A stretch of 64,000 nucleotides of DNA from an uncultured Gammaproteobacteria bacterium. GTDB taxonomy: Bacteria > Patescibacteriota > Microgenomatia > UBA8517. The stretch spans positions 17,211-81,210 of the forward strand of contig CAYISM010000001.1 of assembly GCA_964366085.1 (NCBI GenBank). The letters are read 5' to 3'. A program made the translations under genes and the position numbers. The stretch's first letter is position 1. Each line of letters begins with the position of its first letter. The notes beneath the pieces are model-generated. The model worked only from the letters and a program-made list of their open reading frames with translations, was not told where the DNA came from and did not search any database. Positions 54,578-62,894 of the stretch are shown piece after piece.

Positions 54578-55630
54578 TTATTGTTGAAAATAATTATTAA
54601 TTGCGAATTGAAGCTGTCCCATATAAAGACGCTTAAAGTTATATAAATTGTTGGTTTCATAGAAAACAACCATAGCACTTCGATATTCGTTAACATCAAT
54701 ATTTCGATAAGATAATGGAAAATAATCGTAAGCCATTAAAACTGCATTTGAAAGCATGCGTGAAGTCCTTTTATTTCCATCAGCAAATGGCTGGATATAT
54801 GCGATCATTATCGCCAATATCAATGCCTTTTCAGGTGAATATTCAGTTTTATTTACACGTTCAATTAATTGCCTTAGTACGTTTTCGATCTGATGTTTAT
54901 CAGATAATGGCTCATACTGCGTCCCGGAAATCTTCACCTTTTGCGATCTAACTCCAGAAGTTATTAGACCTTTCGTTAACACTTGGTGTAACTGAATAAT
55001 ATCGGCAAAATCTAATTTTTTAAATGAATCCTTTTTATCTAAGATCACTTCAAATGCTTTTTTGTGGTTTAAAATCATCACAGCCTCTTCATCTGAATGT
55101 CCATGGGCCTTGATATTCTGTTTAATCAAGGTTTCCGTTTCGATTAAAGTATATGTGTTTCCTTCAATTTGTGATGATTTCCATGAGAGTTCAATGATAA
55201 ATCTCTCAAGTTCTCTTTTATAAATTGATGGATCTAATTTGTTCCCCGCCTCTTTAAAGATTTTTTTGCTTCTTTCCCATAGGTTAATCTCATCCGGTGA
55301 ATATAAATTATTTAGACGAGAAAACACATTATTGTTAAATTTTTTGCTAATAATCCTAGCTTCAATTTCCGTTTTAAAATAATCATCTAGGTCAAGATAT
55401 GTAAGCAGGGAGTTTGTTTCAACCAACCCGTAAATAGTATTTTTCCCCTTCCCCGACATTTCAACAAGATTTAAATCAATAAGGCGATTAAGGTCCCGAA
55501 TAAAAGTGATCCTCGAAATACTTTCGTCAGGTGAAATTTGGCTGGCCAAAACAAGACGGGATATGCTACCCGCCTCTTTTAAGATCTTGAGAATTTTCTT
55601 CTGGCGATCGTTAAGATTCGTATCATTCAT
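54578..55630 (-). CDS. Fic/Doc-family protein with N-terminal winged HTH; core motif QPFADGNKRTSR (catalytic His replaced by Gln)
   Basis: IAYIQPFADGNKRTSRMLSNAVLMAYDYFPL aligns with the canonical Fic HPFxDGNGRTSRLL. Codons were checked directly: CAG at 54791-54793. Start taken at MNDTNL; the ORF track extends to a GTG at 55705. Confidence 0.7.
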   Translation of the reverse strand: MNDTNLNDRQKKILKILKEAGSISRLVLASQISPDESISRITFIRDLNRLIDLNLVEMSGKGKNTIYGLVETNSLLTYLDLDDYFKTEIEARIISKKFNNNVFSRLNNLYSPDEINLWERSKKIFKEAGNKLDPSIYKRELERFIIELSWKSSQIEGNTYTLIETETLIKQNIKAHGHSDEEAVMILNHKKAFEVILDKKDSFKKLDFADIIQLHQVLTKGLITSGVRSQKVKISGTQYEPLSDKHQIENVLRQLIERVNKTEYSPEKALILAIMIAYIQPFADGNKRTSRMLSNAVLMAYDYFPLSYRNIDVNEYRSAMVVFYETNNLYNFKRLYMGQLQFAINNYFQQ

Positions 55631-55639
55631 ACTCTTTAA

Positions 55640-55659
55640 TCGTATCATAAATGATACGA
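55640..55659. promoter_or_regulatory. Perfect 9-bp inverted repeat TCGTATCAT-aa-ATGATACGA upstream of the fic-like gene
   Basis: Read directly from the sequence. It lies between the secA stop and the probable fic start, so it is a candidate operator. Confidence 0.35.
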
Positions 55660-55699
55660 ATAGTGAACACTCCGAAGAGCTCGGCGAATGGAACTCAAT

Positions 55700-55718
55700 G
55701 TACACCTCGGAGGTGTAC
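55700..55718. promoter_or_regulatory. 8-bp stem, 3-nt loop hairpin GTACACCT-cgg-AGGTGTAC just downstream of the secA stop; candidate terminator or operator
   Basis: Read directly from the sequence; no clear U-tract follows on the minus-sense strand. Confidence 0.3.
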
Positions 55719-55729
55719 TAGCTTGGCAC

Positions 55730-58477
55730 CTAAGGAATTACCGGATAGTGACAACGTTTCCACTTCTTCCCGGACCCACAGGGACAGGGGTCGTTGCGAC
55801 CCAACTTTTTTTTATTTGATGTTGATTGTTGGTTGTTGGTTGTTGGTTGTTTGAAGGCGGGCTCGCCAGTTACTAAAGCTTCTTCAGCCCCACCAGCAAG
55901 GCCAGTCATGTCGGTTGTATCAATATTTTCTCGGACTTTCTCAAGCGGGATTTCTGGTGCCGGAGCAACTCCGATTCTAAAGAGTCTTTGACAAAGCTCC
56001 TCATCAATTCGACCGAACAAATTTTCAAAAAGGGCATATGCCTCGTTTTTAAATTCAACTAACGGATTCCGCTGGCCAACACGTCTTAATTCAACCGCTT
56101 CTCTCAAGTCATCAATGTGGTCAATATGATCAATCCAAAGGTGGTCAATTGACCCAAGATATGCGTATTTTTCAACCTGTCTCATCGCACCCTCACCAAC
56201 TTGCTTTTCTCTTGACGCATAAACATCTGCCAGGACTTTATTCAAAAATTCTTTGATCTCATCTTTGCTTTTGAGATTTGCCTGCCCGACGGCAAGGCGG
56301 GAGATTTGAGATTTGAGATTTTTTATCGATTCATCATCAAAAGGAACAACCTCCAAAAATCCTGCGAGAACTCGTTCATAATCAATAGTTTTATCTTCCT
56401 GTAAAGATGCGCTCAAAGTTTTTTCTATCTGACTTAACAGTTTTCCATTTACTTCCTCTTTAATGTTCGAAGACTCAAGTATCCTTTTCCTTAATCCGTA
56501 AATAATTTCTCTGTGTTGATTTGTTACGTCGTCAAATTCAACCAGTCTTTTCCTCATATCAAAATTAAATCCTTCAACTTTAACCTGCGCCTGCTCGATT
56601 GCCCGCGAAACTAATTTATTTTCAATGGGTTGATCTTCCGGAATTTTAAGAGCTCCCATCAAAGATGCTATTTGTTCTCCTCCAAAAATCCGCATTAGAT
56701 CATCCTCAAGTGAGAGATAGAATCGGGAAGAACCCGGATCTCCCTGACGGCCTGATCTGCCTCTTAATTGGTTATCAATTCGTCTTGATTCATGCCTTTC
56801 GGTTCCAATTACATGGAGGCCTCCCGCTTTAATAACTGCGTCGTGGACCACCTGCCATTTTTTATAAGCAGGGGTTTTTTCATAGACTTCTCTATCCATT
56901 CCGGGAGTCATGTCTGAGGGACTCCCTCCGAGAATAATGTCAACTCCACGGCCTGCCATATTTGTTGCAACAGTTACGGCCCCCGGCCTGCCTGCATCAG
57001 CAATAATCGTCGCTTCTTTTTCATGGTTTTTAGCATTAAGTACGTTGTGAGGAATTTTTCTTCTTTTTAGATATTCTGAAACGATCTCATTTTTTTCAAT
57101 CGAGACAGTTCCAACCAAAACCGGCTGGCCCTTTTTGTGTTTCTCCTCGATTTCGTCAATTATTGCAGTGTATTTCCCTCTTAAAGTTTTATAGATTGAA
57201 TCGGAATTATCGATCCTTATCATTTGTCTGTGCGTTGGAACAACTACAACGTCTAATTTATAAATTTTCCTGAATTCTTCGGCCTCTGTTGCTGCCGTTC
57301 CCGTCATTCCTGATAAAGTTTCGTAGAGCCTAAAGTAATTCTGAAAAGAAATCGTTGCGAGTGTTTTTGATTCTTGTTGGATAGGGATTTCTTCTTTTGC
57401 CTCAACCGCTTGGTGAAGTCCATCGCTCCAGCGCCTGCCGATCATAAGTCGTCCCGTAAATTCGTCGACTATCATTACCTGATTATCTTTGACAACATAA
57501 TCACGATCTTTCAAAAAAAGCGTCCTTGCGCGAAGGGCATTTTCAATATGGTGGATTGATTCAAAATCTTTCTCATACAGATTGGTAACTCCCAGAATTT
57601 TTTCGACTTTGGAGATTCCGTGTTCGGTTAAAGAAGCGCTTTTTACTTTTTCGTCGACTTTATAATCGGTATCCGGATTGAGTTTTTCAACAATTTTTGC
57701 GAACTTGTAATATTTCTCCGTCGGCTCTGTATCCGGCATTGAAATGATAAGCGGCGTTCTTGCTTCGTCAATCAATACAGAGTCAACTTCGTCAACAATG
57801 GCAAAATAGTGGCCCCTTTGACTCATTTCGGGTATGGAACTAACCATGTTGTCACGCAGATAATCAAAACCAAACTCATTGTTTGTCCCGTAAGTAACAT
57901 CGGCCTCATAAGCTAATTTTCTTTCAACTGGTTTTAGATGTGAAAGTCTCTCGTCTCCATGGCTGGTATCAACATATTCGGGATCATAAACAAACGATTT
58001 TCCTTCCTGGACAATCGAACCTGTCGAGAGACCTAAAAGGTGAAAAATTGGTGCGTTCCAACCGGCATCACGGCGGGCTAGATAATCATTAACCGTAACC
58101 AAATGAACTCCACGACCTGAAAGCGCCCTAAGATAAAGCGCGGGAACTGCTGAAAGAGTTTTTCCTTCTCCGGTTTTCTGTTCGGCAATTTTCCCTTCAA
58201 ACAGAGAAACCCCCGCCATAAGTTGGACGTCATAATGTCTAAGTCCAATCGCGCGATATGAAGCCTCCCGGACCAAAGCATAAGCCTCCGGTAAAATGTC
58301 TTCTAAACTTTTACCCTTAGTCAGTTCTTCCTTGAAGAATTCTGTTTTTTTTGCAAAATCTTTGTCTTTTAACTTTTTAATTTTGGGTTCAAACTCGTTT
58401 ATTTGATCAACGATTTTTCTTAATCGATCGACTTCTCTTTGGTTAATGTCAAGGAGTTTGGAAAAAATATTAAACAT
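55730..58477 (-). CDS. secA: Preprotein translocase ATPase SecA
   Basis: 915 aa, DEAD-like motor motifs (GEGKT, MTGTA, VDEVDSVLIDEARTPLIIS), C-terminal zinc-binding CPCGSGKKWKRCH. Confidence 0.95.
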   Translation of the reverse strand: MFNIFSKLLDINQREVDRLRKIVDQINEFEPKIKKLKDKDFAKKTEFFKEELTKGKSLEDILPEAYALVREASYRAIGLRHYDVQLMAGVSLFEGKIAEQKTGEGKTLSAVPALYLRALSGRGVHLVTVNDYLARRDAGWNAPIFHLLGLSTGSIVQEGKSFVYDPEYVDTSHGDERLSHLKPVERKLAYEADVTYGTNNEFGFDYLRDNMVSSIPEMSQRGHYFAIVDEVDSVLIDEARTPLIISMPDTEPTEKYYKFAKIVEKLNPDTDYKVDEKVKSASLTEHGISKVEKILGVTNLYEKDFESIHHIENALRARTLFLKDRDYVVKDNQVMIVDEFTGRLMIGRRWSDGLHQAVEAKEEIPIQQESKTLATISFQNYFRLYETLSGMTGTAATEAEEFRKIYKLDVVVVPTHRQMIRIDNSDSIYKTLRGKYTAIIDEIEEKHKKGQPVLVGTVSIEKNEIVSEYLKRRKIPHNVLNAKNHEKEATIIADAGRPGAVTVATNMAGRGVDIILGGSPSDMTPGMDREVYEKTPAYKKWQVVHDAVIKAGGLHVIGTERHESRRIDNQLRGRSGRQGDPGSSRFYLSLEDDLMRIFGGEQIASLMGALKIPEDQPIENKLVSRAIEQAQVKVEGFNFDMRKRLVEFDDVTNQHREIIYGLRKRILESSNIKEEVNGKLLSQIEKTLSASLQEDKTIDYERVLAGFLEVVPFDDESIKNLKSQISRLAVGQANLKSKDEIKEFLNKVLADVYASREKQVGEGAMRQVEKYAYLGSIDHLWIDHIDHIDDLREAVELRRVGQRNPLVEFKNEAYALFENLFGRIDEELCQRLFRIGVAPAPEIPLEKVRENIDTTDMTGLAGGAEEALVTGEPAFKQPTTNNQQSTSNKKKLGRNDPCPCGSGKKWKRCHYPVIP

Positions 58478-58540
58478 ATAATTATCTCTCTATACCAAAT
58501 ATACCTTTGTTTGCATCTTAGAATAGCATGTTTTATCAGC

Positions 58541-59203
58541 TCAATTCTTGCATATAAACATCACATTAGCCTCTGGGTAAAATATTTCAACCTCTCCGAA
58601 TACCTTTTTTAGCTTATTTCCAAATTTAACCGCTTCTACCCTTTTCCTATCAAAATAAAGCCTATTGAAAACCGCAATACCGCCACCAGACAACAGTTTA
58701 AGTATAAATCTAAGAAAAAAGTCTGTAGTAAACTTCTCCGGCACTCCGTATCCGACATAGAGGTCCATTAAAATTAGATCATATTTTTGAGTTTTAACAT
58801 TTGAGACTTGAGTTACGAACTCATAAGCATCCTGTATTTTTATATCAACGTCTATATTGCCTAACCCCAAGTATTTTTTGCCTAGTCCTATCATGATCGG
58901 GTCAATCTCGACACCTGTAATTTTTGCATCGGGCTCGCCTCGTGAAGCGGGCCAAAGTTTTCTAACAATTTTCGCAGCTGTTCCACCCCCCAAGCCCAAG
59001 ATAAGTGAGTTATGAATTATGAATTTGGAATTATGAATTTTCTTGAGAGTTTTTCGCCAGATTTCTTCCACAACTCCTCCAGATTGGGTAAGATTGTCAA
59101 CCTGGATATACGTCCCAAAAGCTAAACTTCTTACTACTCTTATTCTTCCATTAATGGGTGAGTCAACTTCCTCCAAAATTTTCGTCCCCAAAACAAAGTC
59201 CAT
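58541..59203 (-). CDS. Spermidine-synthase-like class I methyltransferase-fold protein
   Basis: LILGLGGGTAAK...ITGVEIDPIMIGLGKKY...DLILMDLY. Confidence 0.55.
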   Translation of the reverse strand: MDFVLGTKILEEVDSPINGRIRVVRSLAFGTYIQVDNLTQSGGVVEEIWRKTLKKIHNSKFIIHNSLILGLGGGTAAKIVRKLWPASRGEPDAKITGVEIDPIMIGLGKKYLGLGNIDVDIKIQDAYEFVTQVSNVKTQKYDLILMDLYVGYGVPEKFTTDFFLRFILKLLSGGGIAVFNRLYFDRKRVEAVKFGNKLKKVFGEVEIFYPEANVMFICKN

Positions 59204-59253
59204 GGATCAATTATATATGTAAATTTTGTGTCAGGTGTTATAATGCCACCCTA

Positions 59254-59496
59254 ATGAGAGAAGAAAGGAAAACAAGCGGTCCTATTGAAGCGGGAAGGTA
59301 TAGATTTTTCTGCGCCAGACTCGCTACCTGCCAAGTTTTTTTGAACGAACGATTAGAACAAAGAAGGTTTGTCAGAAAAGTTGGAAGTCCGGCTCCCGAA
59401 TGGATAGAAAAAGATATTAAGAACCTTTTCAAACTTAAAAGAGATCTAAATCGGGAAAGAAGAAAAATCGAGAGGAACCTCGGGATTTCTAGGTGA
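59254..59496 (+). CDS. Small basic hypothetical protein (81 aa); weak call
   Basis: ATG is preceded by an extended -10-like GGTGTTATAAT at 59233-59243. Arg/Lys-rich. Could alternatively be non-coding. Confidence 0.25.
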   Translation: MREERKTSGPIEAGRYRFFCARLATCQVFLNERLEQRRFVRKVGSPAPEWIEKDIKNLFKLKRDLNRERRKIERNLGISR

Positions 59497-59538
59497 CTTC
59501 TTTACTTCGGATTTTGTTTGGATGTAAAATGACCGGAT

Positions 59539-60699
59539 ATGGTTTCTATTCCATTACCAGAGGTTTTACGGCCCAAAAAATTATCCCAGTTTGTTGGGCA
59601 GGAAAATTTAGTGGGAAAAAACGGCATCATTAGCAGGTTGCTAAGTAACCAAATAATCAATGCTTACTTCCCTTCTCTCATCTTCTGGGGCCCGCCAGGG
59701 TCAGGTAAAACAACGCTGGCAAAAATAATTGCCAATACCTTAAAAAGGGAATTCTTTGAATTTTCGGCGGTTTCGGTTTCAATAAAAGATATTCAAAAGG
59801 TTATGACTGTGGGGAATCTTTTTCCGCCTGTAATTTTGATTGATGAAATTCATAGATTTAATAAAGCCCAGCAAGATAAACTTCTTCCCTTTGTAGAACG
59901 CGGTGATATAACTTTAATTGGAGCAACAACAGAAAATCCATCCTTTGAGGTCATTGGTCCGCTTTTATCCCGCACTCGCGTACTCATCCTAAATCAACTT
60001 ACCCAAAAAGAACTCAGGAAGATTATTAAAAGAGCAGAAAAACATCTTAAAGTTAAACTTGACAAAAAAGCACAAGAATTTTTAATTGAATCATCTAATG
60101 GTGACGCCCGAGTTCTTCTGAATGTTCTCGAAATCGCTCATAACTTAAATACTAAATACAAAATACTAAATACTAAACATATCGAACAGGCACTTCAAAG
60201 AAGACAATTAACTTTCGACAAACAGGGTGAAGAATTTTACAACGTAATTAGCGCATTTATCAAATCAATGCGGGCAAGCGATGTCGACGCCGCGCTTTAC
60301 TATCTCGCCAGAATGGTTGAGGCCGGCCAGGACCCTTTATACATTGCAAGGAGAATGGTAGTGTTTGCCAGTGAGGATGTTGCCTCCCCCACCGCTTTAG
60401 TAGTAGCAAATGCAGTGTTCCAAGCTTGCAATACGATTGGTTATCCAGAGTGCCAAGAGAACCTAGCGGCAGGGACAGTTTATTTGGCTACAGCAAAGAA
60501 GGATAGGAGTGCTTACGAGGCCTACATGAGAGCCCTAGAGGATGTTAAAAGGTTCGGAAACCTCCCTATTCCACTCCAAATCCGCAATCCGGTTACAAAA
60601 TTAATGGAAGAAATCGGCTATGGAAAAGGCTACGAAAAGTACGATAAAACCAGTTATTTGCCCGAAAAATTAAGAGGTAAGAAGTATTTTAGAAACTAG
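59539..60699 (+). CDS. rarA: Recombination factor protein RarA/MgsA (AAA+ ATPase)
   Basis: Walker [12 protein letters not shown], Walker [15 protein letters not shown], and a C-terminal MgsA helical domain. Confidence 0.9.
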   Translation: MVSIPLPEVLRPKKLSQFVGQENLVGKNGIISRLLSNQIINAYFPSLIFWGPPGSGKTTLAKIIANTLKREFFEFSAVSVSIKDIQKVMTVGNLFPPVILIDEIHRFNKAQQDKLLPFVERGDITLIGATTENPSFEVIGPLLSRTRVLILNQLTQKELRKIIKRAEKHLKVKLDKKAQEFLIESSNGDARVLLNVLEIAHNLNTKYKILNTKHIEQALQRRQLTFDKQGEEFYNVISAFIKSMRASDVDAALYYLARMVEAGQDPLYIARRMVVFASEDVASPTALVVANAVFQACNTIGYPECQENLAAGTVYLATAKKDRSAYEAYMRALEDVKRFGNLPIPLQIRNPVTKLMEEIGYGKGYEKYDKTSYLPEKLRGKKYFRN

Positions 60700-60722
60700 C
60701 AACTAGATTCTAGTTCCTATTC

Positions 60723-60746
60723 TGTCTTTCCCAACCCACTTTTGAA
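60723..60746. repeat. 24-bp exact duplicate of the serS 3'-terminal coding sequence (TGTCTTTCCCAACCCACTTTTGAA), here intergenic
   Basis: Identical to 62909-62932. The reverse complement would encode QKWVGKD, as at the SerS C-terminus. Confidence 0.75.
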
Positions 60747-60996
60747 AAACTTGATTTCGGCAATTGACAACCTTGTTCCCACGATATTAAATCAAAATAT
60801 GATCACCAACACTGATATTGAGTTACTCAAAGATACCTTTGCTACCAAAGAAGATCTTCAGCAGATGAAAAGCGATCTTTTAGATAAACTCGATTCTGTT
60901 TTAAAAGAAATTCTTGCATCTAGAGAAGAAGAAACAATATTATCTCATAGGGTTTCAGACCACGAAGATAGAATCACAAAACTTGAATCAAACTAA
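60742..60996 (+). CDS. Small coiled-coil hypothetical protein
   Basis: 84 aa with heptad-like charged repeats. Confidence 0.35.
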   Translation: MKNLISAIDNLVPTILNQNMITNTDIELLKDTFATKEDLQQMKSDLLDKLDSVLKEILASREEETILSHRVSDHEDRITKLESN

Positions 60997-61057
60997 TTTC
61001 TAGACTGCTAACTAAAGATTACTAGCTACTATTTTTTCCTTCCCAGCCCATTTAAAT

Positions 61058-62878
61058 TTATTGATATCCAATCGCTTGCTTATTAAACATTCTTGCATAA
61101 ACTCCATTTTTCCTTATTAAATCTTCATGGCTTCCTTGTTCAATTATTTTCCCTTTATCAAGGACGATAATCTTATCAGCATTTCTGACTGTCGAAAATC
61201 TGTGGGAAATCAAAAACAAAGTTTTATCTTTATAAAACTTTTTAAGGTTGTTAAAAATCTCAAACTCGCTATCGGCATCGATTGCCGAAGTCGGTTCGTC
61301 TAGTATCAAAACGGGTGCAGACTCGTAGAAGGCTCTGGCAACGGCCAATTTTTGCCATTGCCCTTGAGAAAGTTCAATCCCTCCTTCAAATTGACGACCC
61401 AAAAGTTGATTATATTTTTTTGGTAGTTCTTCGATAAACTCTTTCGCTCCGCTTTTCTCGGCAGCGTCTAGCATTCTTTTGTGATCCTTAACTTCAGTAT
61501 TCCCTAGCATTATGTTTTCGGCGACTGTAAAGTCATAGTGCATAAATTCTTGAAAAAGCGTGCCCAAAAACGCATACCAGTCCGAAATTTTTAGGTCTTT
61601 TATACTCACCCCATTTATTAAAATTTCTCCCGAAGTTACATCGTAAAAACGACAAAGAAGCTTGACTATCGTTGTTTTACCCGCCCCATTTTTTCCGACA
61701 ACCGCAATATTCTCCCCTGGGTCAATCGTAAAACTTACGCTTTTTAAAACCGTTTCTTTGGCGCCGGGATACGAGAATGAAACACCCTTAAATTCAATTC
61801 TCGGGGGCAAATCTTTTCTAGAAATTCTTACAGGGTGACTTGTCTCCTTAATTGTCGGCGAGAGACCCAGAACTTCAAAATAATGATCTACGTATAAATT
61901 ATTCTCGTACATATCACCAAGATTCAAAATCATATCCGCGACAGCACCCGAAATCCTGTCCAAGATACTTACAAAAAAAGTAAAATCTCCAACCGACATT
62001 TTGCCAGACAGGACAACCGGCAACTTAAGGTAGGCAAAAATAAACACCACCGAAACTTCAAAAAGCTGAGGGAAAATTGCAACATTCAAAAACTTTTCTA
62101 CCGGCCCTTTGTTGAGGTTATATAGATAATCTTGTGTTTTCTTAAAACGACCCAAAAGCTCTTTCCCCGATTGAAAGATTCTTGACTCGACAATCGCCAT
62201 CTTAGTTGAAAGTAACCAGCGAAGGTACCAAAGTTTACGGACTTCTGGGGCACCCGAACCATATATTGACCACTCAAGTTTTCCGAATTTGGTCCTTAAA
62301 TATAAGCGCGGCAAACTCAGAAAAGACACTGTAATCGGAATCCACCATCCGTAAGGAATCAAGATAAGAAATGAAGAGACGTAGCTAACAAAATTGTTAA
62401 AAAGATACGAAGATTGTCTCAAAAAATCAGGGGGTCTCCAGGTAAAAGTATCCGAAGCTTTTGCAATTAAATCTTCCGTTTTCGGATTTTCCAAGTGAGC
62501 AATATCTAAATTAGAAACTTTCTCAAAGAATCTATAATTAAGTGCGTTCTGGATTTTGTACCTAAACAAAAAATCAAAATATGTGTTTTTCAGGCCCCAC
62601 ATCACAAAATCCCAGGCAATGTTCAAAATATATCTCGACCCGAGAAGCGCAATTAAGATAAGGGGGATTGTGGTAGTGATATTTTGTGACTTAATTAAAT
62701 AGTCAACCAAAAGTTTATAAATATAACTCGTGATAATCGGGAAAAATGCGCCGATGCCGGCAGTGCCAAAATATCCGATTGTAAGAAACTTATCAGTTTC
62801 CCACGCCAAAGAAAGCATTCTTCCAAGGTTGATAAGAACGTTTTGTGCAGATTTAGCTAATGACGAAAACCGTTGCAT
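61058..62878 (-). CDS. ABC exporter, fused permease plus ATP-binding domains (MsbA/multidrug-type)
   Basis: 6 TMs, then Walker A GKNGAGKTT, LSQGQWQKLAVARA signature and Walker B ILDEPTSAID. Confidence 0.85.
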   Translation of the reverse strand: MQRFSSLAKSAQNVLINLGRMLSLAWETDKFLTIGYFGTAGIGAFFPIITSYIYKLLVDYLIKSQNITTTIPLILIALLGSRYILNIAWDFVMWGLKNTYFDFLFRYKIQNALNYRFFEKVSNLDIAHLENPKTEDLIAKASDTFTWRPPDFLRQSSYLFNNFVSYVSSFLILIPYGWWIPITVSFLSLPRLYLRTKFGKLEWSIYGSGAPEVRKLWYLRWLLSTKMAIVESRIFQSGKELLGRFKKTQDYLYNLNKGPVEKFLNVAIFPQLFEVSVVFIFAYLKLPVVLSGKMSVGDFTFFVSILDRISGAVADMILNLGDMYENNLYVDHYFEVLGLSPTIKETSHPVRISRKDLPPRIEFKGVSFSYPGAKETVLKSVSFTIDPGENIAVVGKNGAGKTTIVKLLCRFYDVTSGEILINGVSIKDLKISDWYAFLGTLFQEFMHYDFTVAENIMLGNTEVKDHKRMLDAAEKSGAKEFIEELPKKYNQLLGRQFEGGIELSQGQWQKLAVARAFYESAPVLILDEPTSAIDADSEFEIFNNLKKFYKDKTLFLISHRFSTVRNADKIIVLDKGKIIEQGSHEDLIRKNGVYARMFNKQAIGYQ

Positions 62879-62894
62879 TAATTAAATTTTAGAC

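Noticed and set aside
55795-55850. TTGGTTG/TTGTTGG tandem repeats
   Set aside because: This is the coding sequence for the low-complexity TTNNQQSTSN tail and the CPCGSGKKWKRCH zinc finger at the SecA C-terminus, not an independent repeat element.
59005-59043. Triplicated AATTCATAA unit encoding KIHNS-KFIIHNS in the spermidine-synthase-like gene
   Set aside because: A small in-frame microsatellite-type duplication in a coding region. It is real in the sequence but no functional inference can be supported.
59158-59253. N-terminal extension of the 112-aa plus ORF 59158-59496
   Set aside because: It overlaps the start of the minus-strand spermidine-synthase-like gene. A promoter-like TGTTATAAT precedes the internal ATG at 59254, so only the shorter 81-aa version is retained, and even that is low confidence.
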